A DNA stretch of 21,625 nt. Origin: a virus (Duplodnaviria; Heunggongvirae; Uroviricota; Caudoviricetes). The stretch is taken from the IMG/VR virus record IMGVR_UViG_2563366928_000011. The stretch is one strand, 5' to 3'. Position 1 is the first letter of the stretch; each line of letters begins with the position of its first letter. The translations under genes and the position numbers were made by a program. The notes beneath the pieces were generated by a model. The model was not told the origin of the DNA. It saw only the letters and a list, made by a program, of their open reading frames with translations, and made no database searches. Below, in pieces: positions 1 to 9,160 of this stretch.

Positions 1-248
1 TCACCACCATTTGCACATAAAGCAGCCATGTACAACTGGTAGTTGAACAGGCGGGTAGACCGTTCGTTCAGTAAATACCTGATATTTCCGCCAACGAGAA
101 ATTGCGTTGGCTGGCAGAGTGCAAATTTGCACGATAACATAACCCATTGATTCTTTCGAAAACCCGCAATGCAGGAAGCCGGATAACACCATTTTTATAG
201 CTCCGCTCCCTTCAAAGTGAGGGGTAATTTGCCAAAACAGAGAGAGCA

Positions 249-536
249 TTACTGTCTCTGGCAATCTTTATCGCGATAACGCCTGAAGTACCCTCTCGCT
301 TCCTCATCCATACCAAGAGCCGAATGAGTCCGCTTAACTGCCTGTCTTAAATCTCCGAATCTGTCTGTAGTTGCTGGTGGGCGTGCCGCCTTACGGATAC
401 ATTCAGAGCGTCTGTTTGCTGCATGTTCACGTTCTTTATCGCCATCTGCCAGCATCATGACTTCTGCCCATCGTGCGGCAGCTCTCCGGTATAGCCCTTT
501 TGACTCCAGCTCTTCAGCTTTCCTGTCCTTTATCAT
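249..536 (-). CDS. PerC-family (Pch-like) transcriptional regulator, putative
   Basis: 95-aa ORF. The N-terminal segment EELESKGLYRRAAARW resembles the conserved core of PerC/Pch prophage-borne regulators (from memory, not searched). ATG at 536 is preceded by GAGG and a TATAAT-like box. Confidence 0.55.
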   Translation of the reverse strand: MIKDRKAEELESKGLYRRAAARWAEVMMLADGDKEREHAANRRSECIRKAARPPATTDRFGDLRQAVKRTHSALGMDEEARGYFRRYRDKDCQRQ

Positions 537-570
537 TTCTGCCTCTCAGATTATATAGATAAGCAAAAAG

Positions 571-690
571 GTGTTGGTTCAGTTGGTTCAATTTGTAAAG
601 AGCGTTGTTTTTATTGTGTTTTTTCTAAAATATTGAACCAACATCAACTCATTTTGAACCAACACAGCCCAGCTCTGAACCAACAACACA
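571..690. promoter_or_regulatory. Operator-like repeat array in divergent intergenic region (TTGGTTCA x2 inverted; TGAACCAACA x3 direct at 21-bp phasing)
   Basis: Read directly: TTGGTTCA at 574-581 and 583-590; TGAACCAACA at 634-643, 655-664 and 676-685. Lies between the divergent starts at 536 (minus) and 787 (plus). Confidence 0.5.
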
Positions 691-786
691 GCGATAGATT
701 TGCGATTGGTCCGTTATTTTCTGGCTGATATTTGAGCGTATAACAGTGTTATACAGTGGTATACTGTATGGATATTACTCACTGAT

Positions 787-1227
787 ATGGTCTTTGCAAT
801 GAGCAAATCTAATCTGATCGCGTTCCGCATCCCATCTGAATTGCAGGATGAGTTTAATCGGTCTGTTCTCGCTTCTGGAGGGGATAAAACCTCCTGGCTT
901 GTTGATGCGATTCGCATGAAGCTGGGACAGCCGGAAAAGTCTATTGATTCACGAATACTTGGGCTGGTGGAGCGCATGGAAAAAGCCGCAGCATCGCTTA
1001 TTGCCGGAAAGCCGAACACCCCACCAAAGCCATATAACGAAACGGCAGTTATAAAGATCATTGCCGATACCATCCGACAGGGATTTGATAATGGGCGTGT
1101 GATAGCTGAACGGCTCAATGAAGCAGGCTACCAAACAAAAGCTGGTAAAGCGTGGGATAAAGACATTTACAGCGCGTGGAAGCGTCAGGGTAACAATATT
1201 AAAAGAATCAATACGCTGCTTCAGTAA
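787..1227 (+). CDS. Hypothetical DNA-binding protein (RHH-like N-terminus, recombinase-type DNA-binding motif at C-terminus)
   Basis: 146-aa ORF, the only convincing plus-strand gene in the left half. LIAFRIPSELQDEFNRSV looks like a ribbon-helix-helix strand plus helix. VIAERLNEAGYQTKAGKAWDKDIY resembles the recombinase-domain DNA-binding motif. No clear RBS; start could be the internal ATG at 799. Confidence 0.5.
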   Translation: MVFAMSKSNLIAFRIPSELQDEFNRSVLASGGDKTSWLVDAIRMKLGQPEKSIDSRILGLVERMEKAAASLIAGKPNTPPKPYNETAVIKIIADTIRQGFDNGRVIAERLNEAGYQTKAGKAWDKDIYSAWKRQGNNIKRINTLLQ

Positions 1228-1256
1228 TTGATCAGTGTATAAATGATATTTATCGC

Positions 1257-2279
1257 TCAATCGCTCCCTTTCCGCCCTTCAGCTACAGGGTCGTTGTCGG
1301 CGATAACAAAACCTAAGTCCTGAGAGAATCTCTCTCGTGGGAATCCTTTAGCAGGTAAACCCATTGAATCATATCCACATCCGGGAACATTTGGTTTAGA
1401 GTCAATAAGGTCTGCAATTTGCCGAAGCCATGTTGATCCCGGACCAAGTCGTTTAACTAAGTACCAGATAATACAGATCGCGCTAAAAATCCTCTCGCAA
1501 CTCTCTGGATGGAGATTAAGTCCGTCAAAGTATTCATTATCCGGTACTGGAACTCGGGGATGCTTTCTATTCCATATTCTGGAATGGTGAGCGCAACGAT
1601 TCCTTATGAGATTAAGGCACTTCAACCATTTTGCAAATGTCTGCTTATTATCAATGCCAAAACGACGTATAATTTTCCCCTGCATATGACCATTAAGCAT
1701 CGCATAATATTTAGACATCTGACCAAAATCCCAGGTCTCCACCGCCACCCAAAATGGAATCTCCTTGCCTTGGCTTCGATGCCATTCAATACAGTCATCT
1801 CTGCTTTCGTCTAATTTTACTTTTTGCTTATACACCCAATGCTCGAAGGCAGATGAGAATTTTGGATTAATGTATTTTGATGACATGTAGGCAAGTGGAT
1901 CATTGCGACCAACCTCATGCGCGATGACTGAACGAACATGAATCTCTATTCTTTCGATAGCATCAATCATCAAAAGACGCAGTTTTTTGTCAAAAAGATA
2001 TAGATCGTACGTCTTCTCGAAACTGGTACCAGTAAGAAATCGGTCTGTTCTGTACGAAAGACCTTTATCTGTTGTCGCAATAATTCTTGATGGGTACCAA
2101 AAACCTGACAATCGATAATATCCAACCTGCGACAGCTTACGTATCGCACGATTTCGATCATTGATAATCATGCCACGTTCAAGTAGCAATCCTAGCAATT
2201 CGTGATAGTCCTTATGAGGCTTTGCGGCAATCATAGTGGCGAAACAAAAGATAATAAAAGGCCCGACCGTGAAACTCAC
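1257..2279 (-). CDS. Abi_2 family (AbiD/AbiF-like) abortive infection protein
   Basis: 340-aa ORF. N-terminal LLERGMIINDRNRAIRKLSQVGYYRLSGFWYP matches the characteristic Abi_2 N-terminal motif. Start uncertain: GTG at 2279 or ATG at 2234. Confidence 0.7.
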   Translation of the reverse strand: MSFTVGPFIIFCFATMIAAKPHKDYHELLGLLLERGMIINDRNRAIRKLSQVGYYRLSGFWYPSRIIATTDKGLSYRTDRFLTGTSFEKTYDLYLFDKKLRLLMIDAIERIEIHVRSVIAHEVGRNDPLAYMSSKYINPKFSSAFEHWVYKQKVKLDESRDDCIEWHRSQGKEIPFWVAVETWDFGQMSKYYAMLNGHMQGKIIRRFGIDNKQTFAKWLKCLNLIRNRCAHHSRIWNRKHPRVPVPDNEYFDGLNLHPESCERIFSAICIIWYLVKRLGPGSTWLRQIADLIDSKPNVPGCGYDSMGLPAKGFPRERFSQDLGFVIADNDPVAEGRKGSD

Positions 2280-2610
2280 ATGCCTGAAATCGGCGGCGGA
2301 GAAACAGAGGATCGGGCTCGGTTGCCTGTAACTCTATCCGAAGTTATCCACATGTCAATGCACAGTTACTTAGGAAACTAACATAGGTACTATCATCACT
2401 CACGAAAAACCACTATATGTGGTTTTTATTCATATCGTTATCCACTACAGGCTGTGTCAATAACTTTTACCTATTAATTGGGTAATTTCTACATTTTCCT
2501 ATGCTGTCTAGTTTCTCTACTGAAAAGTTGGCACTCCTTAATCGCTTTTCGGTTAATACTATCGGTCTTCATATTGCCAGCAGCATACGCCATCCGATAA
2601 TTTCGATGCT

Positions 2611-2995
2611 ACGCGCGCGTACTTGTCGCAAAATATCAGGCAAAGGCCAGATTCAGAACGTCGTGATAACCACCAGCACAACATGAGATGTCATGTAACA
2701 CGATTTATCACATCAGATACATGTGATTGGTGTACCCGCATAAAACATCGTCATAGCGCGTCCTGTGCGCATATACGCCGATAATCAACACATCACCACC
2801 ACTCTGTCTCGTGTAGAGAACAGTTTCATGGTATCCCCCGCCATCGTGTGCGTACTGGTCGGACGTAGTTGCAAAAATTTTGCAACTGATACCCCTCGCG
2901 CGCGTACTGGTCACGAAATTGGTGTTTTGCTGTGGCAGTGATATCAGAAAAATCTTCCTGTTTCACATAAAGCGGATATGCGCGTACTGTAACGG
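2611..2995. repeat. Four dispersed copies of a GCGTACT(G/T)GTC motif in a noncoding stretch
   Basis: Read directly: GCGCGTACTTGTCG about 2615-2628; GTGCGTACTGGTCGG about 2848-2862; GCGCGTACTGGTCACG about 2898-2913; TGCGCGTACTGTAACGG about 2979-2995. Lies in the ORF-poor 2280-3126 interval. Confidence 0.35.
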
Positions 2996-3126
2996 CCCCA
3001 TCAACTGGGAGCGGATTTGAGCCCCGAATGTGTAGGCAATGTCACTTAACGTTTGTCGCATACCTTCCAGAAAAAGCGATTCATGAATAATAGGGGCATG
3101 AATGCCCGGCGTACCGGGCTTATTAG

Positions 3127-3825
3127 TTAATTTGGTGCTTTAGGGTCAACATTAAAAGTTATATCACCTTCTGTATTTTTCCCGGCATAGCTAGCGGCTA
3201 TTCTCGCCAACCCTTTGTAATCAGCAATTCCATCAGACTGTTGCGAGACGACTGAGCTACCAACTTTCCATAACATATTAATCTGCCGATTATTGAGATA
3301 AGCCTTGGCATCAAACGACTGGAGTATCACCCCTGCGCCGTAGAACGTGTCCGTCACAGTTGTGTTATACGCGCCAGTAATTCCATAAGTAGGCGTATAA
3401 ACTGTTGTTGCCGTTCCAGTGGTATTAGCTGTACCGTAGCCACCACCATAACTATTGAACGTGGTGTTAGAGTTTCCGTACGTTGTTGCTGAGCTCACAC
3501 CAGTTTGCCCGTATATTGGGATGGTTACATTACGAGTATTTGAAATGGCCCCGCTTCTCAAAAAGTTCAAGAGAATTACCTGGTCAGCCAATTTTTCATC
3601 TTTAACTTGTGTATATCCTTGGCTTGATAAACTGGCGGCTACTACCGTAGCTATTTGAGTGTATTCAATCTGTTTGGTGTTCCAAAGTTCTTGGCTTGCG
3701 GGGATGATCAAGAACTTCTTACCGACAGATTGCCCGGAAGATAAAGCATTGACCGTTACTAACGGTTTTTGTACGCATCCAGCCAATAATGACAGGGATA
3801 ATATTAAAAGAAGATTTTTAATCAT
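3127..3825 (-). CDS. Lipoprotein with Thr/Gly/Tyr-rich repetitive region (function unknown)
   Basis: 232-aa ORF. Signal peptide with lipobox MIKNLLLILSLSLLAGC. GGTGA RBS upstream of ATG at 3825. Central low-complexity T/G/Y/N-rich tract. Confidence 0.65.
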   Translation of the reverse strand: MIKNLLLILSLSLLAGCVQKPLVTVNALSSGQSVGKKFLIIPASQELWNTKQIEYTQIATVVAASLSSQGYTQVKDEKLADQVILLNFLRSGAISNTRNVTIPIYGQTGVSSATTYGNSNTTFNSYGGGYGTANTTGTATTVYTPTYGITGAYNTTVTDTFYGAGVILQSFDAKAYLNNRQINMLWKVGSSVVSQQSDGIADYKGLARIAASYAGKNTEGDITFNVDPKAPN

Positions 3826-3975
3826 GATAATCTCACCTAAGAATTGCGTGGTTATAAATTATCATCACTGTAAGCGAATGTAAGCCACAGGCTCGTAATG
3901 TGATATGGAATTTTGATAGTTGGCTCAATATCAGTATGCCGTCCTTGGCTATTATGGTTTTGTTAGTTAGAGCGT

Positions 3976-6702
3976 CTATTCCCATTCGCTAACATCTTTC
4001 ATGCCACTGAGGGTAGCTACAATCCCGGCCCTTGTCAGTTTCACGAATTCTTCAGCCCCAACGGCATCACGAATTGCTTTCATGGCAATTTTATTGGCCG
4101 AAAATCGTTTCTCTGCTGCGGCGATCGCTGCTGGTGATGCCCCTGCGCGCACTGCTTTTGTAGCTTCCTGAACGGCTTTCTCTATCGCATATCGACCACT
4201 TCTTGTCGCCCCAATCTTAGCCACAGCATTTCTTAGCGCGCCACCAGCAACCAAACCACTTATCGAACCAATTACACCACCGCCAAAGCCTCCAGCGATC
4301 GCACCTGACTGTTGAACTCCGTTCATAATCACGCCGACGATCTTTGGAAGGCCTGAATCGAGCGTTTTGAGAGCCTCAGTTGTTCTTCCCGTGCGCTCTA
4401 CGTATCGCTGCGGTCTGGTACTGGCTTTAGCGAGTACACCGAACTCTTTCATCATTCTACCGAGATCTGGCGCATGACGACTGATGGCGTTTACATTCTG
4501 CTGGGTCATGAGCTTGGCAAAATACTGGATACCTGACTCTTCACCGATTCCTCCCTTCTCTCCCTGCGCCACAGCATGCTGAAGAATAGATGCTATTGCA
4601 GGTTGGCGTTCTGCTTCCGGCAGCGCGGAGATAAGACGGTGAAAAGCTCCCGTTCCAGTGTTTGCGGATGCCTTAAGCGTATCGGCACCTTTTCTTACCA
4701 TAGCGTCTGATGCGAGATCTCGACCAAAAACAGATTCGGCATTTTGTTTGGCGATAATGTAACTTTTAGAGAGATCGTTAGCTTTCTGCCATTCTGTGAG
4801 GAAGTTTCCTTTTTCAGCCATGATGCGCATGTCATCAGTGATAGCTCTGCGCATTTCTCCGGCAATCCGGGCGGCATTGGCCTTACCTGCCCGGGTGTTT
4901 GCTTGTTCAGCATCAGCAAACTTAGTACGCCATGCCTTCATCCCGTCGAAGGTTATGCCGCCACCTTGGTTGTTGGCAGCCTGAAACTGTTTCATCTCCG
5001 GGCTGAGTGGAACATTGGCTGCTTTTTCTGCTTGGACGACAGCCATCCCATTACTCATTTTCATCCTTTCGCGTGGCATCGTGCTTCGCAGTTCTGCCCA
5101 TGCCATATTCTCTGCTGTTTTCATATCACTGAGGCTCGCGATGATGCGCTCTTTAATTGCTGCGCTTTTTTCTGATGCGCTTCCAGACTCAGCACCGAAA
5201 TCAGACAACTGCTTATTCAACTTTGAGGATATTTCATTGAAGGCCGTAAGGTGAGCATCCTGAACATTCCCAGGAGTTGATGCCAGAACACCTTCTGCTT
5301 GGGCAATTCCACGACTACCTGAGCGCATTCCAGGCGTCAGGGTGTTGATATTAATACCAGTGATTTTCGCCGCCTTAGCGACATCATCTCTGACGTTTGA
5401 TGCCTGCGATGCGATATGCTCTCGGCCTACGGCAGAACGCGCTGCTTTCGATACATCATTGGCGGTTTCCAGAGTATTTGCTGCCCCTAACACATGGCCT
5501 GATTGATTTGTATTACTCCGCAATACATCTCGCATTACGTCACTGGCTGTCTGTCCGCTCTTTATTAAAGCGCGTGCTCCTAGCGATCCTGCTAGGCCAA
5601 TACCTGTCTCTTTTGCTAGGTCTTCTGGGCTGATCTGCCCGTTCTTTTGGGCGTTCACCAATGTACCTGGCAGGTTTTCTGCCAACATACTAGCCACCTT
5701 TGTGGCCGCACGTTCAGCACGTGGAGCGTTGGCAACTGAAGAAGCTGCGGTAGCTGCCTTTCCTGCACCTAATCCTGTAATAAGGTAAGGTGCTAGCTGC
5801 TCACCAGCCTGCGCGTATGGATCTGTAGGTTGGTCTACTGGGCGAAAGACAGGTGATATGGGCGTGTATGTGCCATCACCCACACCAAGCTTCTGAGCTG
5901 CCCATGCTCCGGCTGATTGCGCCGCATTGACTACCCCCACGCCTGCGTCCATTACATCAAACGGTATATTAGCAATCCCTCTGGCCATCTGCTCTGGCGC
6001 AGCTTTCAGTCCTGGCGAAAGATATTCCATCTCAGGATTAAGGTTAGACTTGGCTACTTGCTGCTGCGGTTCCCCGGCATTTTCATCGGCGAGAAACTGA
6101 GCTCTTTTCTGCTCCCATGAACTGGCTGTTGGTAGTCCTGCTTCTATGTTCTTAAATTGCTGACGTTTTGCTTCCCATGCAGAAATATCTCCCACCTGAG
6201 AGATTTCTTTATCAAGCTCTGAGTAGTCAGGCTGCTGAAGATTGCGATGTTGACTGGTTTGTGCAAACTGCAAGATTTCACTGTCATCAGGGATTATTCC
6301 GGCATCTGCAAATTTACTTACGTAATTAGCCGTTTCATCTGGCAGTGTAGATTTACCGTTTCTGACGGCATTAATACGAGCATAGCCAGAATTATACCCA
6401 GCCAATGCCATACCTATATCACCAAATCGCTTCATTCCTTTATTGAGATGGTTTGCTGCGATATCCATTTGCTTTTCAAATGGCAGTGAGCGCGGATCTG
6501 TTCCACGATAACCAGCATCACTCATTACTGAGGGCATCAGTTGAGCAAATCCTCTAGCTCCTTTCGGTGACTCGGCACTTCCGTTACCACTAGATTCATT
6601 GCCAACTAATGTTTCCATCGTCCCTGATGGGAAACCATATTTTTCATCGAGATGACGGGAATAGGCTTTCTGTTTTTCTGTCAGTTGTGCCATCATTGCC
6701 AT
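3976..6702 (-). CDS. Large virion/ejection-type protein with N-terminal SLT lytic transglycosylase domain
   Basis: 908-aa ORF. N-terminus carries SLT-like motifs (GNESSGNGSAE..GARGFAQLMPS and ALAGYNSGYARI). Long Ala/Gly/Gln-rich helical remainder. Last gene of a four-gene cassette; start overlaps the stop of the upstream gene. Confidence 0.75.
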   Translation of the reverse strand: MAMMAQLTEKQKAYSRHLDEKYGFPSGTMETLVGNESSGNGSAESPKGARGFAQLMPSVMSDAGYRGTDPRSLPFEKQMDIAANHLNKGMKRFGDIGMALAGYNSGYARINAVRNGKSTLPDETANYVSKFADAGIIPDDSEILQFAQTSQHRNLQQPDYSELDKEISQVGDISAWEAKRQQFKNIEAGLPTASSWEQKRAQFLADENAGEPQQQVAKSNLNPEMEYLSPGLKAAPEQMARGIANIPFDVMDAGVGVVNAAQSAGAWAAQKLGVGDGTYTPISPVFRPVDQPTDPYAQAGEQLAPYLITGLGAGKAATAASSVANAPRAERAATKVASMLAENLPGTLVNAQKNGQISPEDLAKETGIGLAGSLGARALIKSGQTASDVMRDVLRSNTNQSGHVLGAANTLETANDVSKAARSAVGREHIASQASNVRDDVAKAAKITGININTLTPGMRSGSRGIAQAEGVLASTPGNVQDAHLTAFNEISSKLNKQLSDFGAESGSASEKSAAIKERIIASLSDMKTAENMAWAELRSTMPRERMKMSNGMAVVQAEKAANVPLSPEMKQFQAANNQGGGITFDGMKAWRTKFADAEQANTRAGKANAARIAGEMRRAITDDMRIMAEKGNFLTEWQKANDLSKSYIIAKQNAESVFGRDLASDAMVRKGADTLKASANTGTGAFHRLISALPEAERQPAIASILQHAVAQGEKGGIGEESGIQYFAKLMTQQNVNAISRHAPDLGRMMKEFGVLAKASTRPQRYVERTGRTTEALKTLDSGLPKIVGVIMNGVQQSGAIAGGFGGGVIGSISGLVAGGALRNAVAKIGATRSGRYAIEKAVQEATKAVRAGASPAAIAAAEKRFSANKIAMKAIRDAVGAEEFVKLTRAGIVATLSGMKDVSEWE

Positions 6703-8012
6703 CCCTTAAGTTTTGCCTGATAGTAACTTTCCGGCAGATAGCCATGTGCGGTCACATAATCCTTAACCAGTGAAGGATCCTGCAACAGCATTTTGGTATC
6801 AGTTTCTTCGTCCTTAGATTTGGTTACAGGAATACCGAGCCCGGCAATCTGTCGTTTCTGCATTCGAATAATTACGTCCTGCGCTTTATTCAACTCTCGC
6901 AAAAATGCCTCATTGCTGGTTGCTGACTTAATGCCATTTTGAGATTGCATAAGGGCAGCCCTTTCCCCTTCGGTTGGGTTAGAGCCAAAAGTCCCTTTGA
7001 GGCTAGGCAGAATAACCTTTAGGTTGTATTCATCAGCTTTGGCGCGTAGGCTTCGTGTGTCTTCTGCTACATCAGGAAGGAATCCAAACCCCAGCGTCAG
7101 GGGGTTATAGTTCTGCGAGCGGGTAACGGCCGAAGGATGTTTCCCTACAATTCCCGCCAGTTCATGACCCACTTCAAGCGCAGAGTTCAAGGAGTCGATG
7201 TTACCTGCAACAGTATTAATTTTATCGTTCATCTTCTCCACTTTCGCCTGCTGTACCTTGCTCAGTTCAGCATTGAGCTTGTCTCTCTCGATGTCATTTT
7301 GAGCACGTCCAAGTCGTGCTTTCAGAACCATTTCTCTCGTGCGTAGTTGGTTATCGGATAGGACTTTGAACTGCTCCATATCGAGACGTCGATTACCCTG
7401 TTCCGCATTAACCTGAGCATTATATGCGGATGTATCTGCGTTCTGCTGTGCAATGCTCTGCCCTTGCTGCTTCTCTTGAACACTAAAGTAACTATTTGGA
7501 TCAGCATGGAGGTGGATGAGGTCAGTGATTCTGTTGAATTCCTGTGGGTCATTCTGCCAAGACTGATAAACCTCTTCAGCAGGAAGACCAAATCGCTGTA
7601 ATACTGGATTTGCCTGCTGAATGGCCTTCTGCATGATCAGTGGATCTCCAGTTTGTGACGCAAGACGCAGATTCATGGCAGCGTCAGCGGTCTGTCGATT
7701 TTGCTCAGCATCAATGAATCCCATCTGTTTTTGAGAATCAGCCATAAACTGGGGATACTGGGCCATTAACTTCTGCACGCCAACACGATCATTATTAGCT
7801 ACCGCACTACCCAACCGTGCCTGATATTCTTTTAACTGCTGGGAAATTTGCGCCTGCTGATTAATCTCAGCAACGCCTCTTAGCCCCTGTAGCGCCATTA
7901 AACCTACGTTTGGCTGCTGCTGATACTGCACAGGCTGAGGAACGGAAGAACGAGGAGCATTATCATTTTGCGGTGCCATGCTAGGCAGCCCGCCAAGTTG
8001 CCATGTCGCCAT
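6693..8012 (-). CDS. Ejection/DNA-transfer-type protein, putative (P22 gp20-like by size and position)
   Basis: 439-aa ORF. Q/A/N-rich, predicted coiled-coil character. Tightly packed between the 225-aa and 908-aa genes. Assignment rests on architecture, not on a search. Confidence 0.6.
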   Translation of the reverse strand: MATWQLGGLPSMAPQNDNAPRSSVPQPVQYQQQPNVGLMALQGLRGVAEINQQAQISQQLKEYQARLGSAVANNDRVGVQKLMAQYPQFMADSQKQMGFIDAEQNRQTADAAMNLRLASQTGDPLIMQKAIQQANPVLQRFGLPAEEVYQSWQNDPQEFNRITDLIHLHADPNSYFSVQEKQQGQSIAQQNADTSAYNAQVNAEQGNRRLDMEQFKVLSDNQLRTREMVLKARLGRAQNDIERDKLNAELSKVQQAKVEKMNDKINTVAGNIDSLNSALEVGHELAGIVGKHPSAVTRSQNYNPLTLGFGFLPDVAEDTRSLRAKADEYNLKVILPSLKGTFGSNPTEGERAALMQSQNGIKSATSNEAFLRELNKAQDVIIRMQKRQIAGLGIPVTKSKDEETDTKMLLQDPSLVKDYVTAHGYLPESYYQAKLKGWQ

Positions 8013-8689
8013 TAGAATCCAAGCCCCCCAACAAGACCAATAAGCCCACCACCAATAGCGCCGGCCGCAGTTCCTATTCCAGGAACAACGGAACCAAGTT
8101 GCGCACCCGCTAAAGCGCCTGATGCTGCCCCACCAATACCACGCGCAAGACTGGATGGCTGCTGCGCCTGACCTGCACGAATAGCGCCAAGCCCCTGCAA
8201 GAGTTGTCCGGTATTATTGGCGTAGTTTTGCCCTGCCGTTGCCTGCCCTGATGCCGCATTCATCCCGACATTTAGCAGGTTTCCATAATTTTGCATTTGC
8301 CCACTGAGCCAATTGTTATAAAGCATGGGCGCAATGGAAGATAACTGGTTACTGGTAGCTGTTGAGCCAAGCCCCCCGGTAGCTTCTGCTGAGACAAGGT
8401 TCTGATAACGGGCCTGATCTGCCTGTGTTTTATATAAACCAGAACCAAAGAAATCATTCGCGGCTTTATTCTGCCCTTCCAGAGTCATCAGTCCTTGCAG
8501 TTGTTGTAAAGCAGGCAATCCGACTTCTGCATACGGCTTGAGATTATTCATCACCGTATTCCACTGCTCGCGCTGCAAATCAATTGCCTGCTGCTGGGCC
8601 TTCGCCTGAGCTTTAGAGGCACCACCATCACCGCCTTTTTCGTATACGGCACGATTGAGATGTTTATGAGCTATATGGGTAATTAACAT
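8012..8689 (-). CDS. Ejection/DNA-transfer-type protein, putative (P22 gp7-like by size and position)
   Basis: 225-aa ORF. Gly/Ala-rich with hydrophobic Gly-zipper C-terminus (GGLIGLVGGLGF). ATG at 8689 overlaps the upstream stop as ATGTTAA. Confidence 0.55.
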   Translation of the reverse strand: MLITHIAHKHLNRAVYEKGGDGGASKAQAKAQQQAIDLQREQWNTVMNNLKPYAEVGLPALQQLQGLMTLEGQNKAANDFFGSGLYKTQADQARYQNLVSAEATGGLGSTATSNQLSSIAPMLYNNWLSGQMQNYGNLLNVGMNAASGQATAGQNYANNTGQLLQGLGAIRAGQAQQPSSLARGIGGAASGALAGAQLGSVVPGIGTAAGAIGGGLIGLVGGLGF

Positions 8690-9144
8690 TCGCTGAATTC
8701 CTTATATTGTTGCCGAGTTAACTGATAAAGCGTTACGCCGACGGGTTTACCACATCTGATATAAGCATCATCAAGGTGACCAACACGGGTAGCGCCAAGC
8801 AAACGGATAATTGCCCGTCCATATTTTGTGGTGTCAGGAACCATAGTGATGCTGTTAAGGAATGGTGAGTTTTCGAGAAGCCACTTGCAGAATAATCGAT
8901 GCCCTTGCAGTGCATATTCACCACGGAATCCGGGGTCGTACACCGCATGGCATTCAACAACGCTATGCCAGAAGTTACGCACTTCATGAACGCCAGCCAG
9001 CACTAATCCTTCGTAGATGCCGAGATATACCGCATCAGGCTTGATGTAGTACGTGTGCCCCGGCTCAACAATATTTTCGGTATTGCCTGGCTCGTTAAGA
9101 AAGGCCTGTAATCGCACAGGGTTATCAATAAATTTTAGTTCCAT
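8683..9144 (-). CDS. Hypothetical protein, first large gene of the ejection-like cassette (gp14-like position)
   Basis: 153-aa ORF with protein-like composition, 16 nt downstream of the small RHH-like ORF. No motif recognised. Confidence 0.55.
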   Translation of the reverse strand: MELKFIDNPVRLQAFLNEPGNTENIVEPGHTYYIKPDAVYLGIYEGLVLAGVHEVRNFWHSVVECHAVYDPGFRGEYALQGHRLFCKWLLENSPFLNSITMVPDTTKYGRAIIRLLGATRVGHLDDAYIRCGKPVGVTLYQLTRQQYKEFSEC

Positions 9145-9160
9145 GCGATGCCATCCATTT

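Noticed and set aside
1-264. 87-aa minus-strand ORF at the window edge
   Set aside because: Truncated by the window and the translation is W/C/F-rich with no recognisable motif; more likely non-coding or the wrong frame. The region also contains a 14-bp perfect palindrome GTGCAAATTTGCAC at 119-132, suggesting regulatory DNA.
1509-2161. ORFs 1509..1814 (+) and 1970..2161 (-) inside the Abi_2 gene
   Set aside because: Nested in a gene with a recognisable family motif and lacking start signals.
4695-6489. Several ORFs nested inside the 908-aa gene on both strands (4695..4919, 4744..5175, 4796..4984, 5015..5254, 5397..5633, 5917..6120, 6247..6489)
   Set aside because: All lie within the strongly supported LT-domain gene and their translations have junk-like composition.
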